The translations under genes were made by a program, and so were the position numbers. The notes beneath the pieces were generated by a model, which saw only the letters and a program-made list of their open reading frames with translations, had not been told where the DNA came from and made no database searches. From an archaeon (GTDB taxonomy: Archaea > Nanobdellota > Nanobdellia > Pacearchaeales > UBA284): 49,309 bases of DNA. Below are positions 25,919 to 35,481 of this stretch, one piece after another; within the stretch, counting starts at the first letter, position 1, and the number at the start of each line of letters is the position of its first letter. The stretch covers positions 1 through 49,309 of the forward strand of contig DAOWHW010000019.1 of assembly GCA_030641225.1 (NCBI GenBank). The letters run 5' to 3'.

Positions 25919-28219
25919 ATGATATTCAAGCCAAAAACAAAATTATATGGGTATGAAATTACAAGAGAAGCTGGCCAGGATGTTATGTATATTAATTATC
26001 TTGGTGCCCCGTATGTACCTAGTATTGCTGATTCTCCTATTGTTATGGCAAGAGTTATTGACTATTTGATTGAATCTCCAAATGTTTCGAGAGTTGTTTT
26101 TGTTCAGCAAAGAAATTATAGTTATGATTTTAGACAGGTTGCCTTACTTATTGAAGTAGGTCAACTCTATGTTCATCTAATTAAACAAGAAAGAATTCTT
26201 GAAATGTCAACATTAGAGCCAGGAAGATGTCACATGCATCTACCTCAAAGATATGATACAATGCGTTATCTTTTTCTTACACTACTAAAACAAGATCCAA
26301 TCGGTTGTTATGTTGAGACAAGAAGAATATTAAGAGAAGAAAGAATTATTACGAAAAAAATTCCAAAAAGTGCAAAAAGAGAGCTGTCTTGTCAAGAACA
26401 ATATATTAAACTTCTTTCAAAAATTGTCTTAATGCTAGAAAAATTGTCTATTATAAAACTACTAAAAGGAAAAACTCTTGGCTATAAACTTGGTTATAGA
26501 AATCTATATAGGGATATATTCAGGCCAGAAATAGTTCCTAACTTTACTTTTACGAGATTAATGGCTTCTTTCCCACCAGAATCTGAAATTATTGAACAAT
26601 ATGAAATAGGCCCTTCACATGATAAAAGTACTGTAACAATATTAAAAATTCCAGGAAGAACAAAATATGTTTATCATATTATGGCTCCTGAATTCACTCT
26701 TTCAGAGAGCCTTCAAACTCTTGTAAATCTTGCAAGAAATGTTTTACTTGAACATAAACCAAAAGCAGAGGAATTTGTGGATCCAGATAGAATAAGACAG
26801 GTTTTTTTTAATATAGCTAGAGATCTTCTAAGAGAATTGGCTACAACAAAAAAAATATCTTTGACTTATAGACAAACGAATAAGCTGGCTACAATCCTTA
26901 TTAGACATACAATTGGTTTTGGTATGATTGAGGTTCTTCTTCAAGATGAAAGGCTTCAAGATATTATGATTAATGCTCCTGTTGGGATTGTTCCTATTTT
27001 TATTAGACATCAGGATTTTGATGAATGCGATACAAATATTATCCCAAGTCAAGAAGATGCTGAATCATGGGCAGCTAAATTTAGAATGATCTCTGGCCGT
27101 CCATTAGATGAAGCTAACCCAGTTCTTGATACTGAGCTAATTATAGGAACATCAAGAGCAAGAGTTTCAATAATTCAAAAACCATTAAGTCCTTATGGTC
27201 TTGCTTATGCTCTAAGACGTCATAGAGAAAAACCTTGGACATTGCCTTTATTTATTCAAAATAAGATGATAAATCCAATTTCCGCAGGGCTTCTTTCATT
27301 CTTAATTGATGGCAGTAGAACTATGCTTATAGCAGGAACTCGGTCAAGTGGTAAAACGTCTATGTTAGGGGCTTGCATGCTAGAAATTATGTCCCGTTAT
27401 AGAATGATTGTTATTGAGGGAACAATGGAGTTGCCAGTAATATCTTTCAGAAACCTTGGTTATGATATTTTAAGAATGAAAGTCAGAGAGGCTCTTGCAA
27501 GAGAAACTACAGAGTTAAGCGCAGCAGAGGGAATCCGTACTTCCTTACGTTTGGGAGATTCAAGTCTAATTGTTGGTGAAGTTAGAAGTGAAGAAGCATT
27601 AGCATTATATGAAGCCATGCGTATTGGAGCATTAGCAAATGTAGTAGCAGGAACAATTCATGGAGCCTCCCCATATGGAGTTTTTGATCGTGTTGTTCAT
27701 GATTTAAAGGTGCCAGCAACAAGTTTTAAAGCCACTGATGTAATTGTTATTTGTAATCCTATAAAGAGTGCTGATGGCCTACATCGCTGGAGAAGAGTTT
27801 TACAAATTACTGAAGTAAAAAAGCACTGGAGAGAAGATCCAGATGCTGAAGCTGGTTTTCTTGATCTTCTTAAATATGATGTGAGAAAAGATCAACTTGT
27901 CCCAACAGATGATCTAATAAATGGTGAGAGTGAAATTTTAAAAGATATAGCAGGCCAGGTTAAAGGTTGGGCAGGTAGCTGGGATGATGTATGGGACAAT
28001 ATTCTACTTAGATCAAAGATAAAAGAAACTATAGTTAAGGTTGCTGAAAAACTAAAAAAACCAGATCTTCTAGAAGCAGCATGGGTTATTAAATATAACA
28101 ATATGTTTCATGAGATAAGTGACAAAGTAAGACAAGATATTGGTGTGCCAGAAGGTAAAAGGGTTTTTAAGGAATGGAAAAATTGGCTCAAAGCAGAGCT
28201 AAGAAAGAAAAGATTATAA
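25919..28219 (+). CDS. Type II/IV secretion-family ATPase (FlaI/VirB11/GspE-like)
   Basis: 766 aa with Walker A AGTRSSGKTS, Walker B-like SLIVGEVRSEEA and His-box-like VAGTIHGASP. The N-terminal region is long (about 450 aa) and there is a C-terminal extension of about 150 aa. Confidence 0.8.
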   Translation: MIFKPKTKLYGYEITREAGQDVMYINYLGAPYVPSIADSPIVMARVIDYLIESPNVSRVVFVQQRNYSYDFRQVALLIEVGQLYVHLIKQERILEMSTLEPGRCHMHLPQRYDTMRYLFLTLLKQDPIGCYVETRRILREERIITKKIPKSAKRELSCQEQYIKLLSKIVLMLEKLSIIKLLKGKTLGYKLGYRNLYRDIFRPEIVPNFTFTRLMASFPPESEIIEQYEIGPSHDKSTVTILKIPGRTKYVYHIMAPEFTLSESLQTLVNLARNVLLEHKPKAEEFVDPDRIRQVFFNIARDLLRELATTKKISLTYRQTNKLATILIRHTIGFGMIEVLLQDERLQDIMINAPVGIVPIFIRHQDFDECDTNIIPSQEDAESWAAKFRMISGRPLDEANPVLDTELIIGTSRARVSIIQKPLSPYGLAYALRRHREKPWTLPLFIQNKMINPISAGLLSFLIDGSRTMLIAGTRSSGKTSMLGACMLEIMSRYRMIVIEGTMELPVISFRNLGYDILRMKVREALARETTELSAAEGIRTSLRLGDSSLIVGEVRSEEALALYEAMRIGALANVVAGTIHGASPYGVFDRVVHDLKVPATSFKATDVIVICNPIKSADGLHRWRRVLQITEVKKHWREDPDAEAGFLDLLKYDVRKDQLVPTDDLINGESEILKDIAGQVKGWAGSWDDVWDNILLRSKIKETIVKVAEKLKKPDLLEAAWVIKYNNMFHEISDKVRQDIGVPEGKRVFKEWKNWLKAELRKKRL

Positions 28220-28287
28220 AATCATTTGATTTTCCTTATAATGTTTTATATTTTGAATTTTTTCCCAACCAAAAAAGGAGAAATAAA

Positions 28288-29580
28288 ATGACACAGCTTG
28301 AAAAAGTAAGAAAAAATAAAATAACAAAAGAAATAAAATATGTTGCTAAACAGGAAGGTATAGGTGTTAATGTACTTAAAGAAAAAATTATAAATGGTTC
28401 GGTAGTCATTCCAGCAAATATTAATCATAAAAATCTAAAACCCATTGGTATAGGTTCTGGATTAAAAATAAAAGTAAATGCCAACATAGGGGCTTCACCA
28501 ATAAAATCAAATTTAGAAGAAGAACTTCAAAAACTTGATACTGCTTTAAAGGCAGGAGCTGATACAATAATGGATCTAACAGTAACAAAAAATTCTAAAG
28601 ATATAGATAAAATAAGAAAGACTATAATTAAAAATTGTTATGTGCCCTTAGGAACAGTTCCAATCTATCAAGCAGCTATTGAGGCTAGTGGTCCAGAAAA
28701 TATGACTCTGGATAATTATCTAAAAGTTTTTGAAAAACATGCTAGAGATGGTGTTGATTTTGTAACAGTTCATAGTGGCATTACAAAAGATGTTTTTCCA
28801 TTTCTTAAGAACAGATTAATGGAATGTGTTTCTCGTGGTGGTTCTTTCATACTGAAATGGATGAAATATAATAACAAAGAAAATTTTCTTTACAAACATT
28901 TTGGCAAGATTCTTGATATAGCAAGAGAATATGATATCACATTAAGCTTGGGTGATGGGTTAAGACCTGGTTGTATTGATGATGCTACAGATGAAGCACA
29001 AATTCATGAATTGAAGAGATTGGGTGAACTTGCTCAAAGAGCAAGAGAAAAAAATGTTCAAGTTATAATAGAAGGTCCTGGACACATTCCTCTTAATGAG
29101 ATAGAAAAGAATGTTGAATTAGAAAAGAAAATTTGTGATGGTATTCCTTTCTATGTCCTCGGACCTTTACCAACAGATATTGCTATAGCATATGATCATA
29201 TTGCTTGTGCTATTGGTGGAGCTTTAGCTGCTTGGAAAGGTGCAGATTTTCTTTGTTATGTAACACCAAAAGAACATATTGGTTTACCTGATATTAATGA
29301 TATAAGAGAGGGAACTATAGTAACAAAAATTGCTGCTCATATTGCAGATATAGCAAAAGGAAATGAAAAAGCAATTTCAAGAAATTACAAAATGGCAAGA
29401 GCAAGAAAAGAGTTTAATTGGGATGAAATGTTGAAATATGCAATTGATCAAGAAAAGTTTGCTACGTTGAGAAAACAAGAATGTGAAAAGAATCCTCAAC
29501 TTGAAAATGTAAAATATTGTTCTATGTGTGGTGATTTTTGTGCTTTGCAGACAGAAGTGGTTAAAACGAAACATAAATAA
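28288..29580 (+). CDS. thiC: Phosphomethylpyrimidine synthase ThiC (short form)
   Basis: I trimmed the start to the ATG preceded by AAAGGAG. Typical ThiC blocks are present (GTVPIYQA, VTVHSG, SRGGS, LSLGDGLRPG, EGPGH, ITPKEH-like YVTPKEH). The C-terminal CSMCGDFCA is a Fe-S Cx2Cx4C motif. Confidence 0.88.
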   Translation: MTQLEKVRKNKITKEIKYVAKQEGIGVNVLKEKIINGSVVIPANINHKNLKPIGIGSGLKIKVNANIGASPIKSNLEEELQKLDTALKAGADTIMDLTVTKNSKDIDKIRKTIIKNCYVPLGTVPIYQAAIEASGPENMTLDNYLKVFEKHARDGVDFVTVHSGITKDVFPFLKNRLMECVSRGGSFILKWMKYNNKENFLYKHFGKILDIAREYDITLSLGDGLRPGCIDDATDEAQIHELKRLGELAQRAREKNVQVIIEGPGHIPLNEIEKNVELEKKICDGIPFYVLGPLPTDIAIAYDHIACAIGGALAAWKGADFLCYVTPKEHIGLPDINDIREGTIVTKIAAHIADIAKGNEKAISRNYKMARARKEFNWDEMLKYAIDQEKFATLRKQECEKNPQLENVKYCSMCGDFCALQTEVVKTKHK

Positions 29581-29602
29581 AATCAATTAGCCTGTTAAAA
29601 AA

Positions 29603-30325
29603 ATGGAGACTAATGATTTAATAAAAGAAATTTTTTTTATTATTATTGCAGCACTATTTCTCGGCCTTATCCTAGCTGCAAAAATTTCTTGGACTAAGAT
29701 AATTATAGAACCGCTCAACATTTTATGGATGTTTCTATTTTCATTATTAATGCTTAGCGTTTTTGTAATGGCACAAAAAACTATGGCATGGGCCTTAGAT
29801 TGCAAGATAAAAACAAAACTTCTCACTTTTAGGAGATATTGGTTTCAACCACTAACAAGAGAGAGTAAAGCTGAATTTCCATTTGATTTCCCATTATGGC
29901 TCATCTTACCATTAATTTTAGTATTTGCTACAAATGGTTTCCTTAAATGGTTGGCTATTCTTGATTTTGATATTGAGCCAAAGCCAACAAAAATAAGACG
30001 AAGATGGAAAGAGCTCACTGAAGATGATGTTGGAAAAATAGCCATAGTGGGCCCGATTTCAGTTCTTATTCTTAGTTTGTTTTTAAATATTTTTGGTTTT
30101 GCCAGCTTAGCAGTTACATGTTCATGGCTCGCTTTTCTTTCATTAATGCCAATAGGTGCAGGCTTTAAATTATTCAATAGCTCCAGAATGGTATGGCTTT
30201 TCACATTTATTTTTTCATTATTTATTCTTGTACTAACAAATCTAACAACTGCCTTTGCAACAATAATTATTGCCTTACTTATAGCAGCAATAATAACAAT
30301 AGCTTATTATATTTTGTATGAATAA
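29603..30325 (+). CDS. Polytopic membrane protein, possibly a degenerate M50-like protein
   Basis: 240 aa with at least 6 TM segments. VFVMAQKTMAWAL aligns with the HExxH helix of the M50 protease at 34042 (VAVTHEFAHGIFA). LSLMPIGAGFKLF aligns with its NMLPLGILDGGRF motif, but the metal ligands are replaced. Confidence 0.5.
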   Translation: METNDLIKEIFFIIIAALFLGLILAAKISWTKIIIEPLNILWMFLFSLLMLSVFVMAQKTMAWALDCKIKTKLLTFRRYWFQPLTRESKAEFPFDFPLWLILPLILVFATNGFLKWLAILDFDIEPKPTKIRRRWKELTEDDVGKIAIVGPISVLILSLFLNIFGFASLAVTCSWLAFLSLMPIGAGFKLFNSSRMVWLFTFIFSLFILVLTNLTTAFATIIIALLIAAIITIAYYILYE

Positions 30326-30343
30326 AATAAAAATAAGAAAAAA

Positions 30344-30808
30344 TTATTCCTTTTCTTCCTCAGCCTCTTCTTTTGTTCTTCTTATGACTTTAACATTATC
30401 GAGTCTTACAGTAACAGGAATTGGAACAGCTGCTTCAAGCAGCTCAACAACAACTTCTTCCTTCTGTTTATTAATTCTTTTTACTCTTGCCTTTTCTCTT
30501 TTAAATGGATCAGTTAACATCTCAACAATATCACCTTTCTCAATATTAATTTGTGCAGCTACTGGCCTTAACATTGGCTCTATCTCTTTGTAAGTTATTT
30601 GTCTCTTAATAAGGCCTTTAACATAAGGTAAATTGTAAACAGCTTGCTCTGCAGTTTCTGTATTTTCTGCTTCAATAATTATGTAGCCTCTTAAGCCATG
30701 TGGTCTTATAATTGAAAAAACATTAAGATTTTTTTTCTCAGCCCTAATTTCTATAATATCTGCTGCTTGATCTTCTTTATTTGTTGTAACCTTAACTACA
30801 AAAATCAT
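30344..30808 (-). CDS. spt5: Transcription elongation factor Spt5 (NusG)
   Basis: NGN domain (IFVVKVTTNKEDQAADII...GYIIIEAE) plus KOW (GDIVEMLTDPFKREKARVKRIN). It is downstream of secE in the conserved arrangement. Confidence 0.85.
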   Translation of the reverse strand: MIFVVKVTTNKEDQAADIIEIRAEKKNLNVFSIIRPHGLRGYIIIEAENTETAEQAVYNLPYVKGLIKRQITYKEIEPMLRPVAAQINIEKGDIVEMLTDPFKREKARVKRINKQKEEVVVELLEAAVPIPVTVRLDNVKVIRRTKEEAEEEKE

Positions 30809-30820
30809 TTTATTTCTAAT

Positions 30821-31015
30821 CTAAAGGAAAAATATTTTAAATATAATTCCTATAATAAAACCTATCATTCCTATCACAAAAATACCAAGAGCAGACACTT
30901 TTGAAACTTGTTTTATTTCATTAATAGTTGGTTTTCTAGCTACCCTTAATACTCTAGCACACTGACTTCCAAATTTACTTAGCCTTCTAAAAAGATTTTT
31001 CCTTTCCTCTTTCAT
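30821..31015 (-). CDS. secE: Preprotein translocase subunit SecE (Sec61 gamma)
   Basis: 64 aa. The pattern RVLRVARKPTINEIKQVSKVSALGIFVIGMIGFIIGIIF is the typical SecE pattern with a single C-terminal TM. Confidence 0.8.
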   Translation of the reverse strand: MKEERKNLFRRLSKFGSQCARVLRVARKPTINEIKQVSKVSALGIFVIGMIGFIIGIIFKIFFL

Positions 31016-31065
31016 TTAAATTCTAAAAAAAGAACACTTAAAAATCTTGCTCTTCGCTCTCTTTT

Positions 31066-32157
31066 TTATATCTCTTCTTTAACAAATTCTATTCCAAGCT
31101 CGTCTTCCATTTGTCGTCTTTCTTTGGTCACTCTTCCTTCGCCAGGACCAAGAATCTGTGAGGAGATTACTCCTGTTACAATTAATAAAACTCTTAGAGT
31201 TTTATCCATATCCTCGCTGAGCTGAGCCCCCCAAATTAGTTTTGCATTTGGGCTTATTTTTTGAGCTACTGTTTCAATTACTTTTTTTGCTTCATCTAAT
31301 GACATGTCAAGGCCACCTATTATATTAACTAAAGCGCCAGTTGCATCTGAAATATCAACATCAAGTAATGGATTATCTATAGCTTTTTCAACAGCTTCTG
31401 AAGCTCTTTCCTGACTATCACTTTCACCAACACCAATCATTGCAACACCACCATTAAGCATAACAGCCTTAATATCAGCAAAATCTAAATTAACAAGACC
31501 AGCTCTAGTAACTAATTCTGTTGTGCCTTTGACAGCATTAGTAAGTATTTCATCAGCAACTTTGAAAGCAGTATGTAAAGGTAAGTCAGGAGCCAACTCA
31601 AGAAGTTTATCATTTGGTATAACTATCAATGTATCAACAGAGTGTTCCATTTTTTCTAAACCAAGCATGGCGTTTTCATATCTTTTCTGACCTTCAATTG
31701 TAAATGGAAGGGTTACAACACCAATAGTTAAAGCCCCTAATTTTTTTGCTAATTTTGCTATAACAGGGGATGCTCCTGTTCCAGTCCCGCCTCCAAGACC
31801 ACAGGTAACAAAAACCATATCACCTCCCTGAAGCTTTTGTTTGATTTCATGTTCAGCTTCGTGAGCAGCTTCTTCTCCAATCTGTGGATTGCTACCTGCA
31901 CCAAGACCATGAGTTAATTCTTTCCCAATCAAAATTTTAGAATCACTATAAGTATAAAGTAAATCCTGAGCATCGGTATTAACAGCGACAAGCTCTGCTC
32001 CTTTAATACCTATCTCTTTCATTCTTGTAAGGGTATTACCACCGCCACCGCCACAACCAAAAACTTTAATAGCTGCTTTTTGCTTTGCGATGATTGCTTC
32101 TAATTCTCTATCAATATCCTTTTTATCCTCTTCATGAATTTCAAAAACTTCTGCCAT
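31066..32157 (-). CDS. ftsZ: Cell division GTPase FtsZ
   Basis: Contains GCGGGGGN, the tubulin signature [13 protein letters not shown], and NTDAQ. Confidence 0.93.
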   Translation of the reverse strand: MAEVFEIHEEDKKDIDRELEAIIAKQKAAIKVFGCGGGGGNTLTRMKEIGIKGAELVAVNTDAQDLLYTYSDSKILIGKELTHGLGAGSNPQIGEEAAHEAEHEIKQKLQGGDMVFVTCGLGGGTGTGASPVIAKLAKKLGALTIGVVTLPFTIEGQKRYENAMLGLEKMEHSVDTLIVIPNDKLLELAPDLPLHTAFKVADEILTNAVKGTTELVTRAGLVNLDFADIKAVMLNGGVAMIGVGESDSQERASEAVEKAIDNPLLDVDISDATGALVNIIGGLDMSLDEAKKVIETVAQKISPNAKLIWGAQLSEDMDKTLRVLLIVTGVISSQILGPGEGRVTKERRQMEDELGIEFVKEEI

Positions 32158-32240
32158 CTTTTTCTATCTTAGTATAAAACAAGAACATTCAATTTATAAA
32201 TTTTAGTATTCTCTAATCAATATTTCATAGAAAGGAGAAT

Positions 32241-32879
32241 CTATTCAAATGTATATTCGATTTTTAAAAGCTCTTTCACCTTCTTTTCAAATTTCTCTAC
32301 CAGTTTTATTTTTTTATCTTTATCTTTTATCTTGATCTTAACTTTTTTATCTTCAATTTTGATATTTTCAATATCCAGACCAAAATTCTTTCCAAGAATC
32401 TTAATTTTTTCAGTATTATCTTCAATAATCTTGTTAATTTTGAAATTATAAACAACAATCTTTCCTGCTAAAGGATTATTTAAATCAATAAGAACACGAC
32501 CGCCAGTTATTGTAATAACTTTAGCAACTAAACCATTAACATTAACAAACATTCCTAGTTGGGGCTTCTCTTCAAAGGCACTAAGAGAAACTGTTTTGAT
32601 TAAATTTCCTTTCCTGATTCCAAAAGCCTCTTTTGGTTGTATCTCAATTTGATATTCCTTGCCTGTTTCTTTATCAATAAGAGAACTATCAAAACCCTTA
32701 ATAACCATGCCTTCACCAATACAAATAAATAAAGGTTCAAATTTATGATTTTGTTTTGCTTTTTCATCAATTAAACCAGCTTTTTGTGCATCATTCTTCC
32801 TAGTACTATCAAAAATCTTTCCATCCTTAATTCTGGCAGTAAAATCTATTTCAACAAAAGTTCCTTTCTTAATTTTCAT
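32241..32879 (-). CDS. FKBP-type peptidyl-prolyl cis-trans isomerase (SlyD/long archaeal FKBP-like)
   Basis: The N-terminus KKGTFVEIDFTARIKDGKIFDST, then GEGMVIKGFDSSL and an IF-insert-like region. Confidence 0.75.
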   Translation of the reverse strand: MKIKKGTFVEIDFTARIKDGKIFDSTRKNDAQKAGLIDEKAKQNHKFEPLFICIGEGMVIKGFDSSLIDKETGKEYQIEIQPKEAFGIRKGNLIKTVSLSAFEEKPQLGMFVNVNGLVAKVITITGGRVLIDLNNPLAGKIVVYNFKINKIIEDNTEKIKILGKNFGLDIENIKIEDKKVKIKIKDKDKKIKLVEKFEKKVKELLKIEYTFE

Positions 32880-32990
32880 ACTTATTGAAAAAAAAGAATA
32901 TTTAAATGCTTTTCTATAGCAAGAAAGTTTTGTTACTCTTGTGTTACAGCAAAACGAAATATTTATATATCTATTTTTATTATTTATTCT

Positions 32991-33380
32991 ATGAAATGGC
33001 GAGATAATATTGAAAAGGATCTAAAACCATATATTGAAAGACTTATAAAAGAAAGTTATAATTATAGAAAAAGTTATAATTCTGCTAGAGATAAGGGTAA
33101 AGCACAATTATGGGTTGTTATCGCAATATTATCTAGACAAATTTATAATCTAAATCTTAAGCTTGATTACCTTGAAAAGGCCCTGCAAGATATTGCTGGA
33201 CCAAAATTGAGAGAGGTGGCAGAGAAAAGAAGGAAGACGGAAGAAAAAGAAATAGAAAAATTTATCAAAGAGATATCAAAAGGCAAGATAAGTAAGGGCA
33301 AAAAAATTATAAAAAAGAAAAAAATTAAGAAAAAAGCTAAAAAGAAAAGTATTGGAATAAAGATAGCAAAATCTTTATAA
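32991..33380 (+). CDS. Hypothetical helical, Lys-rich protein
   Basis: 129 aa clean ORF with a C-terminal KKIIKKKKIKKKAKKK tail. No motif recognised. Confidence 0.4.
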   Translation: MKWRDNIEKDLKPYIERLIKESYNYRKSYNSARDKGKAQLWVVIAILSRQIYNLNLKLDYLEKALQDIAGPKLREVAEKRRKTEEKEIEKFIKEISKGKISKGKKIIKKKKIKKKAKKKSIGIKIAKSL

Positions 33381-33402
33381 GTTCTTTTTTTCTTCTTGTT
33401 TT

Positions 33403-33798
33403 ATGGCTTCAAAATTAGTTAATGCTACTGAACTAAGAAGTGGAAGATTTATAATTCTTAATAATACACCTTGTGTTGTAAAGAATATAGATATAAGTAA
33501 AACAGGAAAACATGGGCATGCAAAAGTAAGAATTGAAGCTATTGGAATTATAACTGGAAAAAAAAATATAACAGTCATGCCAGGTTCTGAGCGTGTACAA
33601 GTTCCAATAATTGAAAAGAGAAAAGCTCAGGTTTTAAGTATAAATAAACAAGAAACAAAAGCTAATATAATGGATCTCGAAAATTTTGAAACATTTGATG
33701 TAAGAATAGATAGTGAATTAGTAGAAAATGTCCAGGATGGAATGCAAGTTGAATACTGGGATGTTGAAGGAATAAAAATAATAAAAAGATTATTATAA
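33403..33798 (+). CDS. eif5a: Translation initiation factor 5A (aIF5A)
   Basis: The hypusine-site motif SKTGKHGHAKV is present within an otherwise typical 131-aa aIF5A. Confidence 0.9.
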   Translation: MASKLVNATELRSGRFIILNNTPCVVKNIDISKTGKHGHAKVRIEAIGIITGKKNITVMPGSERVQVPIIEKRKAQVLSINKQETKANIMDLENFETFDVRIDSELVENVQDGMQVEYWDVEGIKIIKRLL

Positions 33799-33845
33799 AT
33801 CAATAGATAGATTAAAAAATATAAAAGAAATAATAAAATATAAAA

Positions 33846-34016
33846 ATGGCAAAAATAGAAGCTGCACATAATAGAGTTTTCAGAGAAGTTTTTGTTTGTA
33901 AAAAATGTGGCGCTAAAATAAAAGCACAGGCAAGAAAGGTTGCAGAAGGCAAAGTAAAGTGTAGAAAATGCAAAAGCAATGCTCTAAGACCAAAAAGAAA
34001 AAAAATTAGCAAATAA
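33846..34016 (+). CDS. rpl40e: 50S ribosomal protein L40e (56 aa, not in ORF track)
   Basis: My translation is MAKIEAAHNRVFREVFVCKKCGAKIKAQARKVAEGKVKCRKCKSNALRPKRKKISK. The CxxC...CxxC plus LRPK tail matches archaeal L40e. The listed antisense ORF 33812-34012 is spurious. Confidence 0.75.
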   Translation: MAKIEAAHNRVFREVFVCKKCGAKIKAQARKVAEGKVKCRKCKSNALRPKRKKISK

Positions 34017-34041
34017 AAAGAGAAAAGGACTATGAATCAAA

Positions 34042-35481
34042 ATGCAATTAATTTATGTTTATGATATTATCTTTTTTTTGATATTTGGATTATTTGTTGC
34101 TATCTTTCTTTACAAAAGAAGAAAAAGAGTAAAGGTAGAGGCAAAAATTTTTTTGATGTATAAAACTAAACGTGGTTTAAAATTTATGGATTGGGCTAGT
34201 AAAAAATTTTCTGGCTTATGGAATGTGTTAAGTTATATTTCAATAACTTTTGGTTTTTTGATGATGATTGTTGCCCTGGCTTTCTTTTTTGTATTAATAA
34301 AAATAATGGTTAGTTTAGCAACTGTGCCAAAAATACCACCATTAATGCCACTCGTTCCATATCTTCCACAAATTTTTAATTTGCCATTACCACCATTCTA
34401 TTTCAGCTATTGGATTGTCATTATTTTAATTGTGGCTGTAACTCACGAATTTGCCCATGGAATCTTTGCTAGATATTTTAAATTGAAGATAAAATCTACT
34501 GGTTTTGGCTTTCTTGGACCTTTTCTTGCAGCTTTTGTAGAACCTGATGAAAAGGCTATGCAAAGAAAAAGTAAAAAAGCCCAACTAAGCATAATTAGTG
34601 CGGGAAGTTTTTCTAATTTTATTTTTGGTGTTCTATTTTTAGTTTTAATGCAACTATTTCTTGTAGCTAGCACGGCACCAGCAGGAATTATTTATGCTGC
34701 AACTATAATCAATACAAATGAAATTGAAACAATGGTACTAGATAATACTCCTTTAGAAAATTTAGAAAGTGAAGAAACATTAGAACTATTAAAAGAAAAA
34801 AAGAATGGAGATATTAATCAAATGATTACAATTCAAACAAAAGAAAATGAAACTTTTTATATGAATTATCTTTTATTAAAAGATCAGCATCAAAAATTAA
34901 ATGAAAAGGTAAATGAATCAAAAAATATAACTGTTTTTTATGATGGTCCATTAATAAAAGCAAATGTGAAAGGAGAAATCTTAAAAATAAATAATATAGT
35001 TGTGAAAAATTATGATAAAATATTTGAAAATTTATCACAATTAAAACCAAATGATACAATTGTGATAGAAACCACAGTAGATAAATATGAGATTATTGCT
35101 AATCAAAATCCAATAAATAATACAAAAGGATTTTTAGGCATAGGGATGGCTGTAACTCCAACAACTGGAGTACTTAAATTTTTTCAAAATCTTATATTAT
35201 TAAATAGAAATCCATTTATGTTTTATGAATCAAAATATAATTATGATATTTTTACATTTTTCTATAATCTTTTATGGTGGCTCGTTGTAATCTGTTTTTC
35301 TGTTGCATTAATAAATATGTTGCCTCTTGGAATCCTCGACGGAGGAAGATTTATTTATCTTGCGGCTCTTGGAATTACAAAATCAAAAAAGAAAGCTGAG
35401 TTAGTTTACAAAAGTGCTGCTTTCATGGTTCTAGCAATTTTTTTACTTTTGATGCTTATTTGGTTAATCAAAGCTTTTTAA
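34042..35481 (+). CDS. Site-2 protease family (M50) membrane metalloprotease with an inserted PDZ-like region
   Basis: HEFAHGIFA (HExxH) lies in a TM helix and the second ligand motif is NMLPLGILDGGRF. A long soluble insert separates them. Confidence 0.8.
   Translation: MQLIYVYDIIFFLIFGLFVAIFLYKRRKRVKVEAKIFLMYKTKRGLKFMDWASKKFSGLWNVLSYISITFGFLMMIVALAFFFVLIKIMVSLATVPKIPPLMPLVPYLPQIFNLPLPPFYFSYWIVIILIVAVTHEFAHGIFARYFKLKIKSTGFGFLGPFLAAFVEPDEKAMQRKSKKAQLSIISAGSFSNFIFGVLFLVLMQLFLVASTAPAGIIYAATIINTNEIETMVLDNTPLENLESEETLELLKEKKNGDINQMITIQTKENETFYMNYLLLKDQHQKLNEKVNESKNITVFYDGPLIKANVKGEILKINNIVVKNYDKIFENLSQLKPNDTIVIETTVDKYEIIANQNPINNTKGFLGIGMAVTPTTGVLKFFQNLILLNRNPFMFYESKYNYDIFTFFYNLLWWLVVICFSVALINMLPLGILDGGRFIYLAALGITKSKKKAELVYKSAAFMVLAIFLLLMLIWLIKAF

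Noticed and set aside
28220-28287. TPP riboswitch upstream of thiC
   Set aside because: The 68-nt spacer is AT-rich, has no CUGAGA-type conserved core and is too short for the aptamer.
29603-30325. Candidate for the missing prepilin (A24) peptidase
   Set aside because: It is polytopic and near the pilus ATPase. However, it lacks the two catalytic Asp motifs (no GxGD-type motif; the nearest is IGAGFK). Its helices align better by eye with the M50 protease in this window.
30318-30593. Other antisense ORFs from the track, including 30318-30593, 33812-34012, 37520-37945, 21832-22179, 22539-22907, 29845-30204 and 11021-11419
   Set aside because: Each is fully contained in a gene on the other strand that has strong motifs or better coding features (spt5, rpl40e, rplP0, RPA and membrane genes).
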